From Rhodospirillales bacterium (GTDB lineage: Bacteria > Pseudomonadota > Alphaproteobacteria > Rhodospirillales > JAPHRK01), in NCBI GenBank assembly GCA_026196105.1, contig JAPHRK010000035.1, positions 2,341 to 66,340 on the forward strand: 64,000 bases of DNA. The letters run 5' to 3'. Shown in pieces: positions 19,709 to 29,585 of the stretch. A model generated the notes under the pieces. The model worked only from the letters and a program-made list of their open reading frames with translations, made no database searches and had not been told where the DNA came from. Position numbers and translations under genes: made by a program. Position 1 is the first letter of the stretch. Each line of letters starts with the position of its first letter.

Positions 19709-20695
19709 GTGAGTCTAAATATCCAGCAAACAGCCCAAGACGTCCTTAGCGGCCAACGACGCGCTCTTGCTCGAGCGATTACCCTTATCGAATCCACCCG
19801 TGCGGACCATAGGGATTCAGCCGATATATTACTGGAAGAGATTCTGCCCCATACAGGAGGCTCAATTCGTCTTGGAATTACTGGCGTGCCTGGCGTAGGC
19901 AAATCGACATTTATTGAAGCCTTTGGCCTTCATCTTATTAAGCAAGGGCTCAAAGTTGCTGTTTTAGCGGTTGATCCGTCGAGCCCAAGAACAGGTGGCT
20001 CCATCTTGGGTGATAAAACCCGCATGGAAGAACTATCGCGTAACAAACAGGCCTTCATTCGCCCTTCTCCTTCAGGGGGTACTCTAGGTGGTGTAGCTCG
20101 TAGAACTCGAGAAGCTATGTTGATATGTGAAGCAGCAGGCTTTGATGTAATTATCATTGAAACCGTTGGCGTTGGACAATCTGAAACAGCCGTAGCTGAC
20201 ATGGTCGATATGTTTTTGCTTCTTCTGGTCCCTGGGGCCGGGGACGAGTTACAGGGGATTAAAAAAGGAATCGTCGAACTCGCCGATATGGTTATCGTCA
20301 ATAAAGCCGATGGTGATTTAGCGCCTGCTGCAGAGCGAGCCCGTCACGAATACACCAATGCTCTTCATTTGCTACGCCCAGTTTCCACATCTTGGACACC
20401 TCCCGTAAAAAAATGCTCAGCCAAAGACCATGCAGGCATCGATGAAATTTGGAATCTCGTTGGGGAATATCGGGAAAAGTTAACCCTATCAGGTGAATTT
20501 AACACAAGGCGTGCAGAACAAGCGAAAGCTTGGATGTGGAACGAAGTTGGCGATGTACTGATGTCCCGCCTTAAGAACCACCAAGGTGTTATCGACCAGT
20601 TAGATAAACTGGAAAATTCTGTTAAAAATGGTAAAATAACCCCAACTAAAGCTGCAATGTCTATGCTTGCGACATTTACAAAAAGCAACATTTAA
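19709..20695 (+). CDS. meaB: methylmalonyl-CoA mutase-associated G3E GTPase (MeaB/ArgK)
   Basis: Walker A motif GVPGVGKST with G3E-family switch regions; GTG start. No mutase gene is present in the window. Confidence 0.88.
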   Translation: MSLNIQQTAQDVLSGQRRALARAITLIESTRADHRDSADILLEEILPHTGGSIRLGITGVPGVGKSTFIEAFGLHLIKQGLKVAVLAVDPSSPRTGGSILGDKTRMEELSRNKQAFIRPSPSGGTLGGVARRTREAMLICEAAGFDVIIIETVGVGQSETAVADMVDMFLLLLVPGAGDELQGIKKGIVELADMVIVNKADGDLAPAAERARHEYTNALHLLRPVSTSWTPPVKKCSAKDHAGIDEIWNLVGEYREKLTLSGEFNTRRAEQAKAWMWNEVGDVLMSRLKNHQGVIDQLDKLENSVKNGKITPTKAAMSMLATFTKSNI

Positions 20696-20867
20696 ACTGA
20701 CTTACAACACTTTTTAAGGATTATAGGGTTTACGTCTGGATATGAATCGACGATGATAAGCTTCACAAAATTATCACGTGTAAAAAATTTCTGACTAGCC
20801 TTAGATAGCTGATCTTATGAAACATTGCTAAATATTCAGAAATCTAGAAGTAGGTAAGAAAGTCCAA

Positions 20868-21398
20868 ATGGAAGACACTCAACAAGAAGCTCTAAGTAAA
20901 GAACTAGATGGTCTTTTCAAATACCTTAAGCGGGTTCGCGAAGAAATTGCTGCCGTCTATAAACCTCAAGACGAAGAGCATCAAATCGATAAGATGGGTG
21001 ACCAGCTAGACGCCATCACAGATGCTACTGCTGAAGCAACCAACACGATCATGGAAGTAGCCGAAAGCAATCAAGACCAAGTGGATGTTCTGCGCAAAGA
21101 AGACACCACAGAAGAAGAACGTACTGCTGCACTCCAAAAAATTGAAGATAACAGTATGGCTATTTTTGAAGCGTGCTCTTTCCAAGACATTACTGGTCAG
21201 CGGGTGACTAAAATTCTAAAATCTGTCAAATTCGTTGATGAGCGAATTAATTCACTGGTTGATGTATGGGGCAAAGAAGAAGTCGATAAAGTTGATGTAG
21301 ATGGTCTGAACAAAACTGAAGACGAACAGCTCCTCAATGGCCCACAACTTAAAAAAGATGCCTTCGACCAAAACGATATCGACGCCCTGTTCGATTAA
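20868..21398 (+). CDS. cheZ: CheZ-like CheY-P phosphatase
   Basis: ACSFQDITGQRV matches the CheZ active-site D-x3-Q motif (E. coli QDLTGQ). An acidic C-terminal peptide, DQNDIDALFD, resembles the CheY-binding tail. It is short at 176 aa. Confidence 0.7.
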   Translation: MEDTQQEALSKELDGLFKYLKRVREEIAAVYKPQDEEHQIDKMGDQLDAITDATAEATNTIMEVAESNQDQVDVLRKEDTTEEERTAALQKIEDNSMAIFEACSFQDITGQRVTKILKSVKFVDERINSLVDVWGKEEVDKVDVDGLNKTEDEQLLNGPQLKKDAFDQNDIDALFD

Positions 21399-21674
21399 TA
21401 ATTAGGTTCTGCTACACCCCAAAACCTCAAGGCAGCAATACCCTACAAAAACACTCGTGTTCTTCGAAGATAAATCTACTTTGGCTCGTCTACGCGACAC
21501 CAAAGGTCAATCGATTAATCTTTGATTGGTCTAAATAATTTTTCTGCTTGATGATCACAAACAAGCCCCTATATTATTTATAATAATTATAATATAGAGC
21601 TTATATATTTGAAAATATAGAATAAAAAGCTTTGCATCACATTAAAAATAAAACCAACTGTTTAGGTGTGAAAA

Positions 21675-23882
21675 ATGAAAAATATCAAAACAAAGCTCAA
21701 GGTATTGCTTGGGTTTTCTGTCCCCCTAGCCATCCTTATTGTCATCGGAGTTATAGGCCTAACTAATTTAAGTACAGTAGCAATCACGGCCAAATGGGTT
21801 GACCACACTCGTATAGTATTAGCAAGCGCGGCCAAAATAGTGGGTTCTGCAGTTGATATGGAGACAGGTATGCGCGGCTACCTCCTCGCTGGCAAAGAAG
21901 GGTTTCTAGATCCTTATAAAGGGGGCCAGAAAGCAATCTATGAATCGATCAAAAAGCTTCAAGAGACAGTAAGCGATAACCCTGGGCAAGTTGCCCGCCT
22001 CGGTGAGGTTGAAAAAGTCTTGCGCGAATGGCAAGCAACAGTGACCGAGCCAACCATCACTTTGCGTCGTAAAATTGGTGATTCAAAAACCATGAACGAT
22101 ATGGCCAAACTCGTTGGTGAAGCTAAAGGCAAAGTATACTTTGATAAATTCCGTGGACAAATTAGCACCTTTATCAAACGAGAAACCGATTTATTGGGCA
22201 AACGCCGTGAGGCCTTTGAAGCGGCGCAAAAAGAAATTGCAAACATCACTGGATCAGGGGCTGAGCCAAGTTTAATCAATGATCAACTGAAGATAATGTC
22301 ACAAAATGAAAAATGGGTTATCCATACTTATGAAGTTATTGCCAAAGCAAAGGATATTCTCGCTTCTGCTGTCGATATGGAAACCGGAATGCGGGGTTAC
22401 CTGCTTGCTGGCAAAGACGAATTCTTAGACCCTTACATTACTGGTAGTGAAAAATTTGACGAACTCGTTGCGGAACTAACTAAAACAGTTAGTGACAACC
22501 CAGCTCAAATAACTTTACTGAATGAAATTTCACAAGGCATTAAAATATGGCAGGCCAATGTGACGGAGCCAGCAATATCTTTGCGTCGTAAAATTGGCAA
22601 TGCAAAAACTATGGACGATATGGCTGATTTGATCGGTGAGGCTAAAGGTAAAGTTTATTTTGATAAATTCCGCAAACTTATGGGTGAATTCTCTGCTGAA
22701 GAAGAAGGCCTTATGGTCTCACGCCAAAAACAAAACGTTGAGACTGTCAGTAGCGCCAATACCATTTTGACAACTGGCATTATCATAGGAACCCTTCTCG
22801 GAGCACTGATTGCTTGGTTAATCGGTAATGGTATTGCCAATCCAATTGTTGGAATGACTTCTGCTATGCAACAGTTGGCTAAAGGGGAACTTGGGACAGA
22901 AGTTCCAGCCCAAGGTCGTACTGACGAAGTTGGTGAAATGGCGGATGCTGTTCAAGTTTTCAAAGATAATGCTCTTGAAGTAAAACGTCTTGAGGAAGAG
23001 CAAAAGCAAGCCGAATCTCGCGCTGAAGAAGAGAAACGTAGATCAATGAATGAATTAGCCAGTAGCTTTGAAGAAAGCGTTGGCGGTATTGTGAGCAGCG
23101 TAACATCTGCCTCAGAACAAGTGCGTTCGTCTGCAGAAAATATGTCACGCGTTGCTGATCAAGCCAGTGAAAAATCTGTTGCTGTTGCAGCGGCTTCAGA
23201 GGAAGCTTCAACCAACGTCCAAACAGTTGCGACAGCTACCGAAGAGCTTTCAGCTTCGATTAACGAGATTAGCAGACAAGTTAGCCAATCTCGCGAAATT
23301 GCTGAAAAAGCCGTTGGCGAAGCCAACACAACCCACCATACAATTCAGGGCCTTGTGGTTTCGGCACAAAAAATTGGAGATGTTGTTAATCTGATTACCG
23401 ATATTGCTGAACAGACCAATCTACTTGCCCTCAACGCTACAATCGAAGCAGCAAGGGCAGGAGATGCTGGCAAAGGCTTCGCTGTTGTCGCTTCTGAGGT
23501 TAAAAATTTGGCAAACCAGACGGCCAAAGCCACTGAAGAAATCAGCAGCCAAATTGGGTCAGTACAAGGAGCAACACAAGAAGCAGCCTCTGCTGTTGAG
23601 GGAATTGGCGAAATCATTGGCAACGTCAATGAATATGCAACCAATATTGCTGAAGCCGTAGATCAACAACTTATGGCAACCCAAGAAATAGCAGACAATG
23701 TACAACAGGCCGCGATGGGAACCCAAGAAGTCAATGAAAACATCTCAAACGTTAACCAAGCTGCAACCCAAACCGGGACAGCTTCAGGAGAAATTTTAGA
23801 CGTTTCAGGCCTTCTTTCTCAACAATCACAGGACCTCACACGTGAAGTAGATAACTTCCTTAAAAGGGTCCGAGCAGCATAA
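21675..23882 (+). CDS. methyl-accepting chemotaxis protein with tandem CHASE3-like periplasmic modules
   Basis: TM1 spans aa 10-30. Two CHASE3-like repeats follow ([17 protein letters not shown] occurs twice), then TM2 near aa 363-384, a HAMP domain and the conserved MCP hairpin [31 protein letters not shown]. Confidence 0.9.
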   Translation: MKNIKTKLKVLLGFSVPLAILIVIGVIGLTNLSTVAITAKWVDHTRIVLASAAKIVGSAVDMETGMRGYLLAGKEGFLDPYKGGQKAIYESIKKLQETVSDNPGQVARLGEVEKVLREWQATVTEPTITLRRKIGDSKTMNDMAKLVGEAKGKVYFDKFRGQISTFIKRETDLLGKRREAFEAAQKEIANITGSGAEPSLINDQLKIMSQNEKWVIHTYEVIAKAKDILASAVDMETGMRGYLLAGKDEFLDPYITGSEKFDELVAELTKTVSDNPAQITLLNEISQGIKIWQANVTEPAISLRRKIGNAKTMDDMADLIGEAKGKVYFDKFRKLMGEFSAEEEGLMVSRQKQNVETVSSANTILTTGIIIGTLLGALIAWLIGNGIANPIVGMTSAMQQLAKGELGTEVPAQGRTDEVGEMADAVQVFKDNALEVKRLEEEQKQAESRAEEEKRRSMNELASSFEESVGGIVSSVTSASEQVRSSAENMSRVADQASEKSVAVAAASEEASTNVQTVATATEELSASINEISRQVSQSREIAEKAVGEANTTHHTIQGLVVSAQKIGDVVNLITDIAEQTNLLALNATIEAARAGDAGKGFAVVASEVKNLANQTAKATEEISSQIGSVQGATQEAASAVEGIGEIIGNVNEYATNIAEAVDQQLMATQEIADNVQQAAMGTQEVNENISNVNQAATQTGTASGEILDVSGLLSQQSQDLTREVDNFLKRVRAA

Positions 23883-23904
23883 AACTATTCAAGTTCAGAA
23901 AAAA

Positions 23905-23938
23905 GCCTTGTGAGACTCAAACTCACAAGGCTTTTTTT
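23905..23938 (+). terminator. rho-independent terminator after the MCP gene
   Basis: GCCTTGTGAG-actcaaa-CTCACAAGGC perfect 10-bp stem followed by TTTTTTT. Confidence 0.8.
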
Positions 23939-24178
23939 AATACCCACAAGACAATCCTGTTACAGCAAACACCATTTTATCCAATAAGTTGAGTTTTTAT
24001 ATAAAACTTTACTTATGCAAAGGTGTCTCATTCAACTACATTACTTTTCTTGAATCTAACAAAATTTATTATAAATTTCTTAATAAAGTTATTTTAATAA
24101 CAATTATAATAGGTTACATTCCACCAACGATTTAAGGTTGTCTGGGGAGGCACCCATACTTGGTTTCTTATTTTTATA

Positions 24179-25840
24179 ATGACTAGCAAGCTGTCTACAT
24201 ACGATGGGTTGAATAAAAAATTCTCCAGCACCATTGGGGAATTTTCTGCCGTTATGGATGCAATTGATTATGGCATCCTTTTTATGGATTCAAACTTGAA
24301 CATGAGGATTGCCAACAAAGCTTTCCAAAAGATGTGGGGTTTCACTGATGAATTCATTGCAAGCCGACCAACTTTAGTTGATTTCTTAAATTTTAACCGC
24401 GGCAATAATTTATACGACGTCTCTGAAGATGAATTCGATAAGTACATTGAGCAGCGCGTGCATGATGTACGCAAGGGAGAAATAGCCCCAACGGAATTTG
24501 CCCTCTTAAATGGTAAAATCTATCGCTATCAATGCTACGCCCTCGAAGATGGGGGGAGGATGTTAACTTATGTTGATATCACTGAGTTAAAAAAACACGA
24601 GAAAGAGCTGCTTGAAAGCCAAGATAAATTCAGAAGCATCTTTGACCACGGCATCGGGGGTATAGCAGTTTCAGCCACGGATGGTAAAATCATGCACGCC
24701 AATCGTGTTTGGGAAGATATATTAGGGTATAGCCTAGAAGAACTAGAACAAATGACTCCTCAGAATTTAACTCACCCTGAGGATTTGGAAGAATCATCCC
24801 TCCTTTATCAAAAATTGATTGATGGGAAAATCCCTTCTTACCAAATTGAAAAACGTTATATCAGTAAATCAGGTGAAGTTATCTGGGTGATTGTTGGAGT
24901 CTCCTCCGTAAAAGATAAGGCTGGAGAAATTCTTTATACCGTTGGTGAATTTGTAAACATCACTGAGCGGAAAATTGCTGAAGAAGAGCTTCGCAAAGCA
25001 CATGACCAACTTGAATTAAGGGTCCATGAACGAACTGAACAGCTACGTGGAGAAGTGGAAGAACGTAAACGAATTGAGGCGGACCTTTTAGAAGCGAATA
25101 AATTTGCTGAAAATTCTAATCGCGCAAAATCAGATTTATTAGCAAACATGAGTCACGAATTGCGGACACCACTTAATGCAATTATTGGGTTTTCCGATAC
25201 AATTCGCGCAGAGACTTTTGGGCCGTTAAACAATGATAAATATCGTGAATACTTAGATGACATCCATTATTCTGGACAACACCTTCTTGAACTGATCAAT
25301 GATATACTTGATGCCTCGGCTATTGAAGCTGGTGCCCTAGATTTACGAGAGAAAAAACTTGATCTAGAGGACATCGTCGATACTTCAATTAGGCTCATTA
25401 TGCCCCGCGCAAGAGAAGGGAAAATTTCATTAAGCTCTTCTATCAACTCGACATACCCCCGAATTCTTGCCGATGAACGGCGTGTGAAACAAATATTTTT
25501 AAACCTGTTAAGCAATGGGGTAAAATTCACTCCAGAGGGAGGTGAGATCTATGTTGATGCTGTTGTGAACAAAGATGGCTCCTTGGGCATTAGTATCACC
25601 GATACAGGTGTTGGCATGGACAATGAAGAAGCGATCCACGCCCTTAGAAAATTTGGGCAGATAGAAAGTGGCCTTGACCGAAAACATGAAGGCACTGGCT
25701 TAGGTTTGCCCCTAACAAAAGGTCTGATGGAATTACATGATGGGACTCTCGAAATAGACAGCAAAAAAGGGCGCGGAACAAAAATAACAATAACCTTTCC
25801 TAGAACTCGTGTTCTCAGCACAATCCAGTGGTCAACATAA
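24179..25840 (+). CDS. cytoplasmic PAS-PAS sensor histidine kinase
   Basis: No TM segments. Two PAS-like regions, the H-box SHELRTPLNAIIGF, and HATPase G-boxes (DTGVGM, GTGLGL). Confidence 0.9.
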   Translation: MTSKLSTYDGLNKKFSSTIGEFSAVMDAIDYGILFMDSNLNMRIANKAFQKMWGFTDEFIASRPTLVDFLNFNRGNNLYDVSEDEFDKYIEQRVHDVRKGEIAPTEFALLNGKIYRYQCYALEDGGRMLTYVDITELKKHEKELLESQDKFRSIFDHGIGGIAVSATDGKIMHANRVWEDILGYSLEELEQMTPQNLTHPEDLEESSLLYQKLIDGKIPSYQIEKRYISKSGEVIWVIVGVSSVKDKAGEILYTVGEFVNITERKIAEEELRKAHDQLELRVHERTEQLRGEVEERKRIEADLLEANKFAENSNRAKSDLLANMSHELRTPLNAIIGFSDTIRAETFGPLNNDKYREYLDDIHYSGQHLLELINDILDASAIEAGALDLREKKLDLEDIVDTSIRLIMPRAREGKISLSSSINSTYPRILADERRVKQIFLNLLSNGVKFTPEGGEIYVDAVVNKDGSLGISITDTGVGMDNEEAIHALRKFGQIESGLDRKHEGTGLGLPLTKGLMELHDGTLEIDSKKGRGTKITITFPRTRVLSTIQWST

Positions 25841-26060
25841 AAATTCTCCCACTCCTTTAAGCAATAAATAATCCCGCCATAAATTAGCCCCAAACTCGTG
25901 GCATTCAAATCATGCCTTAGGCTTATTGATCTTCATTTTTTGCGCCAGATTACGAACAATTCAGCTACTAGGTTCTTTCTACATTGAAGACGTGCGTTTT
26001 CTGTAAAATGTGATAATCTCCGGCCCTTCAAATTTGGACTCTATTAAATTGGGATTTCTG

Positions 26061-26609
26061 ATGTCTCGTATTACAACATTTTTTGCTGCCCTTCTGGTGG
26101 CCTTTTCTTTTGCCTCTGCGCCATCTTCGGCCCAAGATTTAGAAAATACGATCTACCTTGACCTTAAAGACGGTCGAGTAGTTATTCAATTGCGCCCCGA
26201 CCTTGCCCCAAACCATGTTGCTCGAATTAAAGAATTATCCCGTCAGGGGTTCTATAACGGGCTTAAGTTCCACCGGGTAATTCGTGGCTTTATGGCCCAA
26301 ACAGGTGATCCTAAAGGAAACGGAACAGGCGGATCAGGCAAAAACCTTGATGCTGAATTCTCTGCTGAACCACACGTTCGGGGCATTCTCTCTATGGCCC
26401 GTTCAAGAAACCCAAATAGTGCTGACAGCCAGTTCTTCATTATGCTTGGCCCAGCGCCCTACCTAGACCAGCAATATACGGTATGGGGCAAAGTAGTTAG
26501 TGGCATGGAATTTGTTGATAAAATCAAGAAAGGTATCAAGTCCCGCAATGGTGAGGTTCGGAACCCTGATGTTATTGTGAAGATGCAAGTTGCAGCCGAC
26601 GCAAAGTAA
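26061..26609 (+). CDS. ppiA: periplasmic cyclophilin-type peptidyl-prolyl isomerase
   Basis: ATG 26061 gives the signal peptide MSRITTFFAALLVAFSFASAPSSA. The cyclophilin motif FHRVIRGFMAQTGDP is present. The ORF track starts at an upstream GTG. Confidence 0.9.
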   Translation: MSRITTFFAALLVAFSFASAPSSAQDLENTIYLDLKDGRVVIQLRPDLAPNHVARIKELSRQGFYNGLKFHRVIRGFMAQTGDPKGNGTGGSGKNLDAEFSAEPHVRGILSMARSRNPNSADSQFFIMLGPAPYLDQQYTVWGKVVSGMEFVDKIKKGIKSRNGEVRNPDVIVKMQVAADAK

Positions 26610-26644
26610 TTACCTCATAAACTATAGATAAACGGAATTAGACG

Positions 26645-27115
26645 ATGGAATTAGAAAACACCTTACACCTGGAACTCAAAGACGGTAAACTCACCATTGA
26701 GATGTTGCCTGATCTTGCCCCAAACCACGTCGCTCGCATTAAAGAACTGGTCCGGGAAGAGTTTTACAACGGCCTTAAGTTCCACCGGGTTATTGACGGG
26801 TTTATGGCTCAAACCGGTTGCCCTGATGGCACGGGAATGGGTGGTTCCGGGACCAAACAAGACGCTGAGTTCTCAGAAGAACCCCACGTAAAAGGCATTT
26901 GTTCAATGGCTCGTGCTCAAAGCCCTAACAGCGCTGACAGCCAGTTCTTCATCTGCCTCGACGACGCCCCTCACCTGGACGGACAATACACTGTTTGGGG
27001 CCGGGTGGTTGAAGGTCTGGACCTGATTGACAATATTAAGAAGGGCGCTGCCTATTCTGGTTCTGTCGAAGACCCAGATACAATTGTTAAAATGATCGTT
27101 GCCGCCGACGAGTAA
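26645..27115 (+). CDS. ppiB: cytoplasmic cyclophilin-type peptidyl-prolyl isomerase
   Basis: 156 aa with no signal peptide and the motif FHRVIDGFMAQTGCP. It is a tandem paralogue of the preceding gene. Confidence 0.9.
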   Translation: MELENTLHLELKDGKLTIEMLPDLAPNHVARIKELVREEFYNGLKFHRVIDGFMAQTGCPDGTGMGGSGTKQDAEFSEEPHVKGICSMARAQSPNSADSQFFICLDDAPHLDGQYTVWGRVVEGLDLIDNIKKGAAYSGSVEDPDTIVKMIVAADE

Positions 27116-27130
27116 GGATATATATCCGTT

Positions 27131-28480
27131 ATGACGACCAATATCGCAGAAAAATATGACCTGAGAGTTCCACGCTATACCAGTTACCCAACCGCACCGC
27201 ATTTCAGTGATGCCGTCACGGGTGATACTTATGCCCAATGGCTGGAACAGCTGGACCCTAAAACCCGGCTGTCTCTTTATATTCATATCCCTTTTTGTGA
27301 TTCTATGTGTTGGTTTTGTGGCTGCTACACTAAGATCGTGAAGCAGTACAAACCTGTGATGGATTATCTCAACACAGCACTTGATGAAGTGGACTTGGTA
27401 GCTGACAAGTTACCAGCCCGCTTTAGTGCTCAACATCTCCATTTTGGCGGTGGTAGCCCAACCATGCTGAAAGCGGAAGACTTTGCTAAAACTATTGGCC
27501 GGGTTAAAGCTCGCTTTGATCTAGATGAAAATTCAGAAATCGCAGTTGAACTAGATCCACGTACAGCGACAGAAGAATATGTTGCTGAACTGGCAAAAGC
27601 TGGTGTTAACCGTGCGAGTATTGGGGTCCAGGACTTTGATGCTGAAGTTCAGGAAGCCATCAACCGTATTCAGCCTTTCGATGTCACCAAACGGGTTGTC
27701 GACTGGCTCCGCAAATACGGCATTAACAAAATCAATATGGACCTACTCTACGGCCTGCCCCATCAAAATATGGATCGGGTCATGTCTATGGTTGACCGTG
27801 GCGTAAGCATGCAGCCTTCAAGAATTGCTCTCTTTGGCTATGCCCACGTTCCATGGATGAAAAGCCATATGAAGATGATTAAGGAAGAAGACCTTCCTGG
27901 CAGTGAAGAACGTTGGGAACAGGTTGAAGCTGCATCCGCTCGACTTATTGAACTTGGTTACAAGCAAATCGGCCTGGATCACTTTGCCCACCCAGACGAT
28001 GAACTTTCTCAAGCTCTTGACGCGAATAAATTACACCGAAATTTCCAAGGTTATACCACTGACCAAGCCAACGTCATGATTGGCTTTGGTGCATCAGCTA
28101 TTGGCTGTGTTCCTCAAGGCTATGTACAAAACCTTCTACCTTTGAAGGATTATACCAAATGCATTGAGGAAGGTGTTCTCCCAACAGGGAAAGGTCTTGC
28201 TTACAAGGGCGATGACATTCTTCGAGGAGAAATCATTGAGCGTTTGATGTGTGACCTTGAAGTTGATGTTGATGCTGTATGTGCGGAACATAACGCTGAT
28301 CCAGCTCCCTACCGGGCTGAGTTAGGCAAGCTGGATAACTTGGTTGAGGATGGCCTCGCTGTCATTAATGGCAACAGCATTGCTATGACGGAAAAAGGTC
28401 GGTATCTGGTGCGTATCGCCGCTGCAGCTTTTGATACTTATTTAGACCAAGGTCAAAAACGTCACTCCCGAGCTGTATAG
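27131..28480 (+). CDS. hemN: oxygen-independent coproporphyrinogen III oxidase (radical SAM)
   Basis: YIHIPFCDSMCWFCGC carries the CxxxCxxC radical-SAM motif. The 449-aa length is typical of HemN. Confidence 0.9.
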   Translation: MTTNIAEKYDLRVPRYTSYPTAPHFSDAVTGDTYAQWLEQLDPKTRLSLYIHIPFCDSMCWFCGCYTKIVKQYKPVMDYLNTALDEVDLVADKLPARFSAQHLHFGGGSPTMLKAEDFAKTIGRVKARFDLDENSEIAVELDPRTATEEYVAELAKAGVNRASIGVQDFDAEVQEAINRIQPFDVTKRVVDWLRKYGINKINMDLLYGLPHQNMDRVMSMVDRGVSMQPSRIALFGYAHVPWMKSHMKMIKEEDLPGSEERWEQVEAASARLIELGYKQIGLDHFAHPDDELSQALDANKLHRNFQGYTTDQANVMIGFGASAIGCVPQGYVQNLLPLKDYTKCIEEGVLPTGKGLAYKGDDILRGEIIERLMCDLEVDVDAVCAEHNADPAPYRAELGKLDNLVEDGLAVINGNSIAMTEKGRYLVRIAAAAFDTYLDQGQKRHSRAV

Positions 28481-28489
28481 GAGCTTTCC

Positions 28490-29257
28490 ATGAGCGTTGA
28501 TTTCAGTTTAAAAGGCAAAATAGCCCTGATTACAGGCGCCTCTAGTGGTCTAGGTCTCCATTTTGCTCAGGAACTATCTGATGCCGGCGCGAGTGTTATT
28601 TTAGCGGCCCGGCGGACCGATCGTTTAGAAAAAACAGTTGCTGAATTTAAAGCGGCAGGAAGAGAAGCCCTTGCCGTGGCTCTTGATGTTAAAGACAGTG
28701 CCAGCGTAAAACAGGCATTGGCTGAAGGCTGTGAAAGGATGGGAACGCCCGACATCTTAATCAACAACGCAGGGGTTACAGCCCCCGCAACCTTGCTAAA
28801 AGGCAGTGAAGAGCAATGGGACCATGTGATTGATACCAACCTCAAAGGGGTGTGGTTGGTAGCTCAGGAAACCGCCCGAAAAATGGTAGAAGCTGAAAAA
28901 GGTGGTTCTATTATCAACTTAGCTTCCATCTATGCAATTGGCACATCAATTGGCTCCACATCTTACGGTGCTTCAAAAGCTGGTGTTGCTCACATGACCC
29001 TCACAATGGCTATGGAACTTGCCCGATATAAAATTCGTGTGAACGCCATTGCTCCAGGCTGGTTCTTTAGTGAAATGAACAGCGATTATCTAGCCTCTGA
29101 CGAAGGTAAAGCAATGATCAAAAATGTTCCAATGCGCCGTACCGGGCTTGAAGGGGAGCTAGATGGATTACTGCTTTTACTAGCCTCTGATGCATCGAGC
29201 TACATGACAGGAACAACCATTCCAGTTGATGGCGGACATGGAATCAATAGCTTATAG
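28490..29257 (+). CDS. SDR family oxidoreductase
   Basis: TGASSGLG and YGASKAG motifs; 255 aa. Confidence 0.9.
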   Translation: MSVDFSLKGKIALITGASSGLGLHFAQELSDAGASVILAARRTDRLEKTVAEFKAAGREALAVALDVKDSASVKQALAEGCERMGTPDILINNAGVTAPATLLKGSEEQWDHVIDTNLKGVWLVAQETARKMVEAEKGGSIINLASIYAIGTSIGSTSYGASKAGVAHMTLTMAMELARYKIRVNAIAPGWFFSEMNSDYLASDEGKAMIKNVPMRRTGLEGELDGLLLLLASDASSYMTGTTIPVDGGHGINSL

Positions 29258-29268
29258 GCTATTGAACA

Positions 29269-29566
29269 GGTTTACATTGGAGAAGACCTTACCAAATCAG
29301 ATACCATAAAATTTTATGTTCGTGATGATGGGTATGGAATTTCAACTGGTAAGTAGGACGACGTATTTATTCCCTGCTAACGCTTAGGTATAGAAAACAC
29401 CCCCGTCAAATGGGACTAGTATTGGTCTAACCCTCGCAGAAAAACTTACTCAATCCGTAAATGGCCAGATTGGGTTTAAAAGCAATGAAACGTTTGGAAT
29501 ACTTTTTGGGTAGAATTTCCTGCAGCAACTGATAAAGTATCTCAAAATAAAAACAAAAAATGTTGA
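29269..29566 (+). pseudogene. decayed C-terminal fragment of a histidine kinase (HATPase_c remnant)
   Basis: By hand translation: AIEQVYIGEDLTKSDTIKFYVRDDGYGISTGK*, then DDVFIPC*RLGIENTP, then a frame shift to GTSIGLTLAEKLTQSVNGQIGFKSNETFGILF and another shift to FWVEFPAATDK. This parallels the C-terminus of the downstream kinase (VEDNGCGVS...GVGLGLPIAEKLTTLMSGHIGFESTKDKGSIFWVEFKIAD). Confidence 0.6.
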
Positions 29567-29585
29567 ACGGAATCGGGCATCAAAA

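Noticed and set aside
19709-20695. MeaB GTPase without an adjacent methylmalonyl-CoA mutase as a possible anomaly
   Set aside because: Unlinked meaB/argK genes are common, and the mutase may be encoded elsewhere. Nothing in the sequence itself is unusual.
21569-21597. Inverted repeat CTATATTAT-N11-ATAATATAG upstream of the MCP gene
   Set aside because: It consists almost purely of A/T in a low-complexity AT stretch, where such symmetry arises easily by chance.
26010-26060. GTG-initiated 17-codon extension of ppiA
   Set aside because: The ATG at 26061 starts a canonical signal peptide, and the extension adds non-hydrophobic residues ahead of it.
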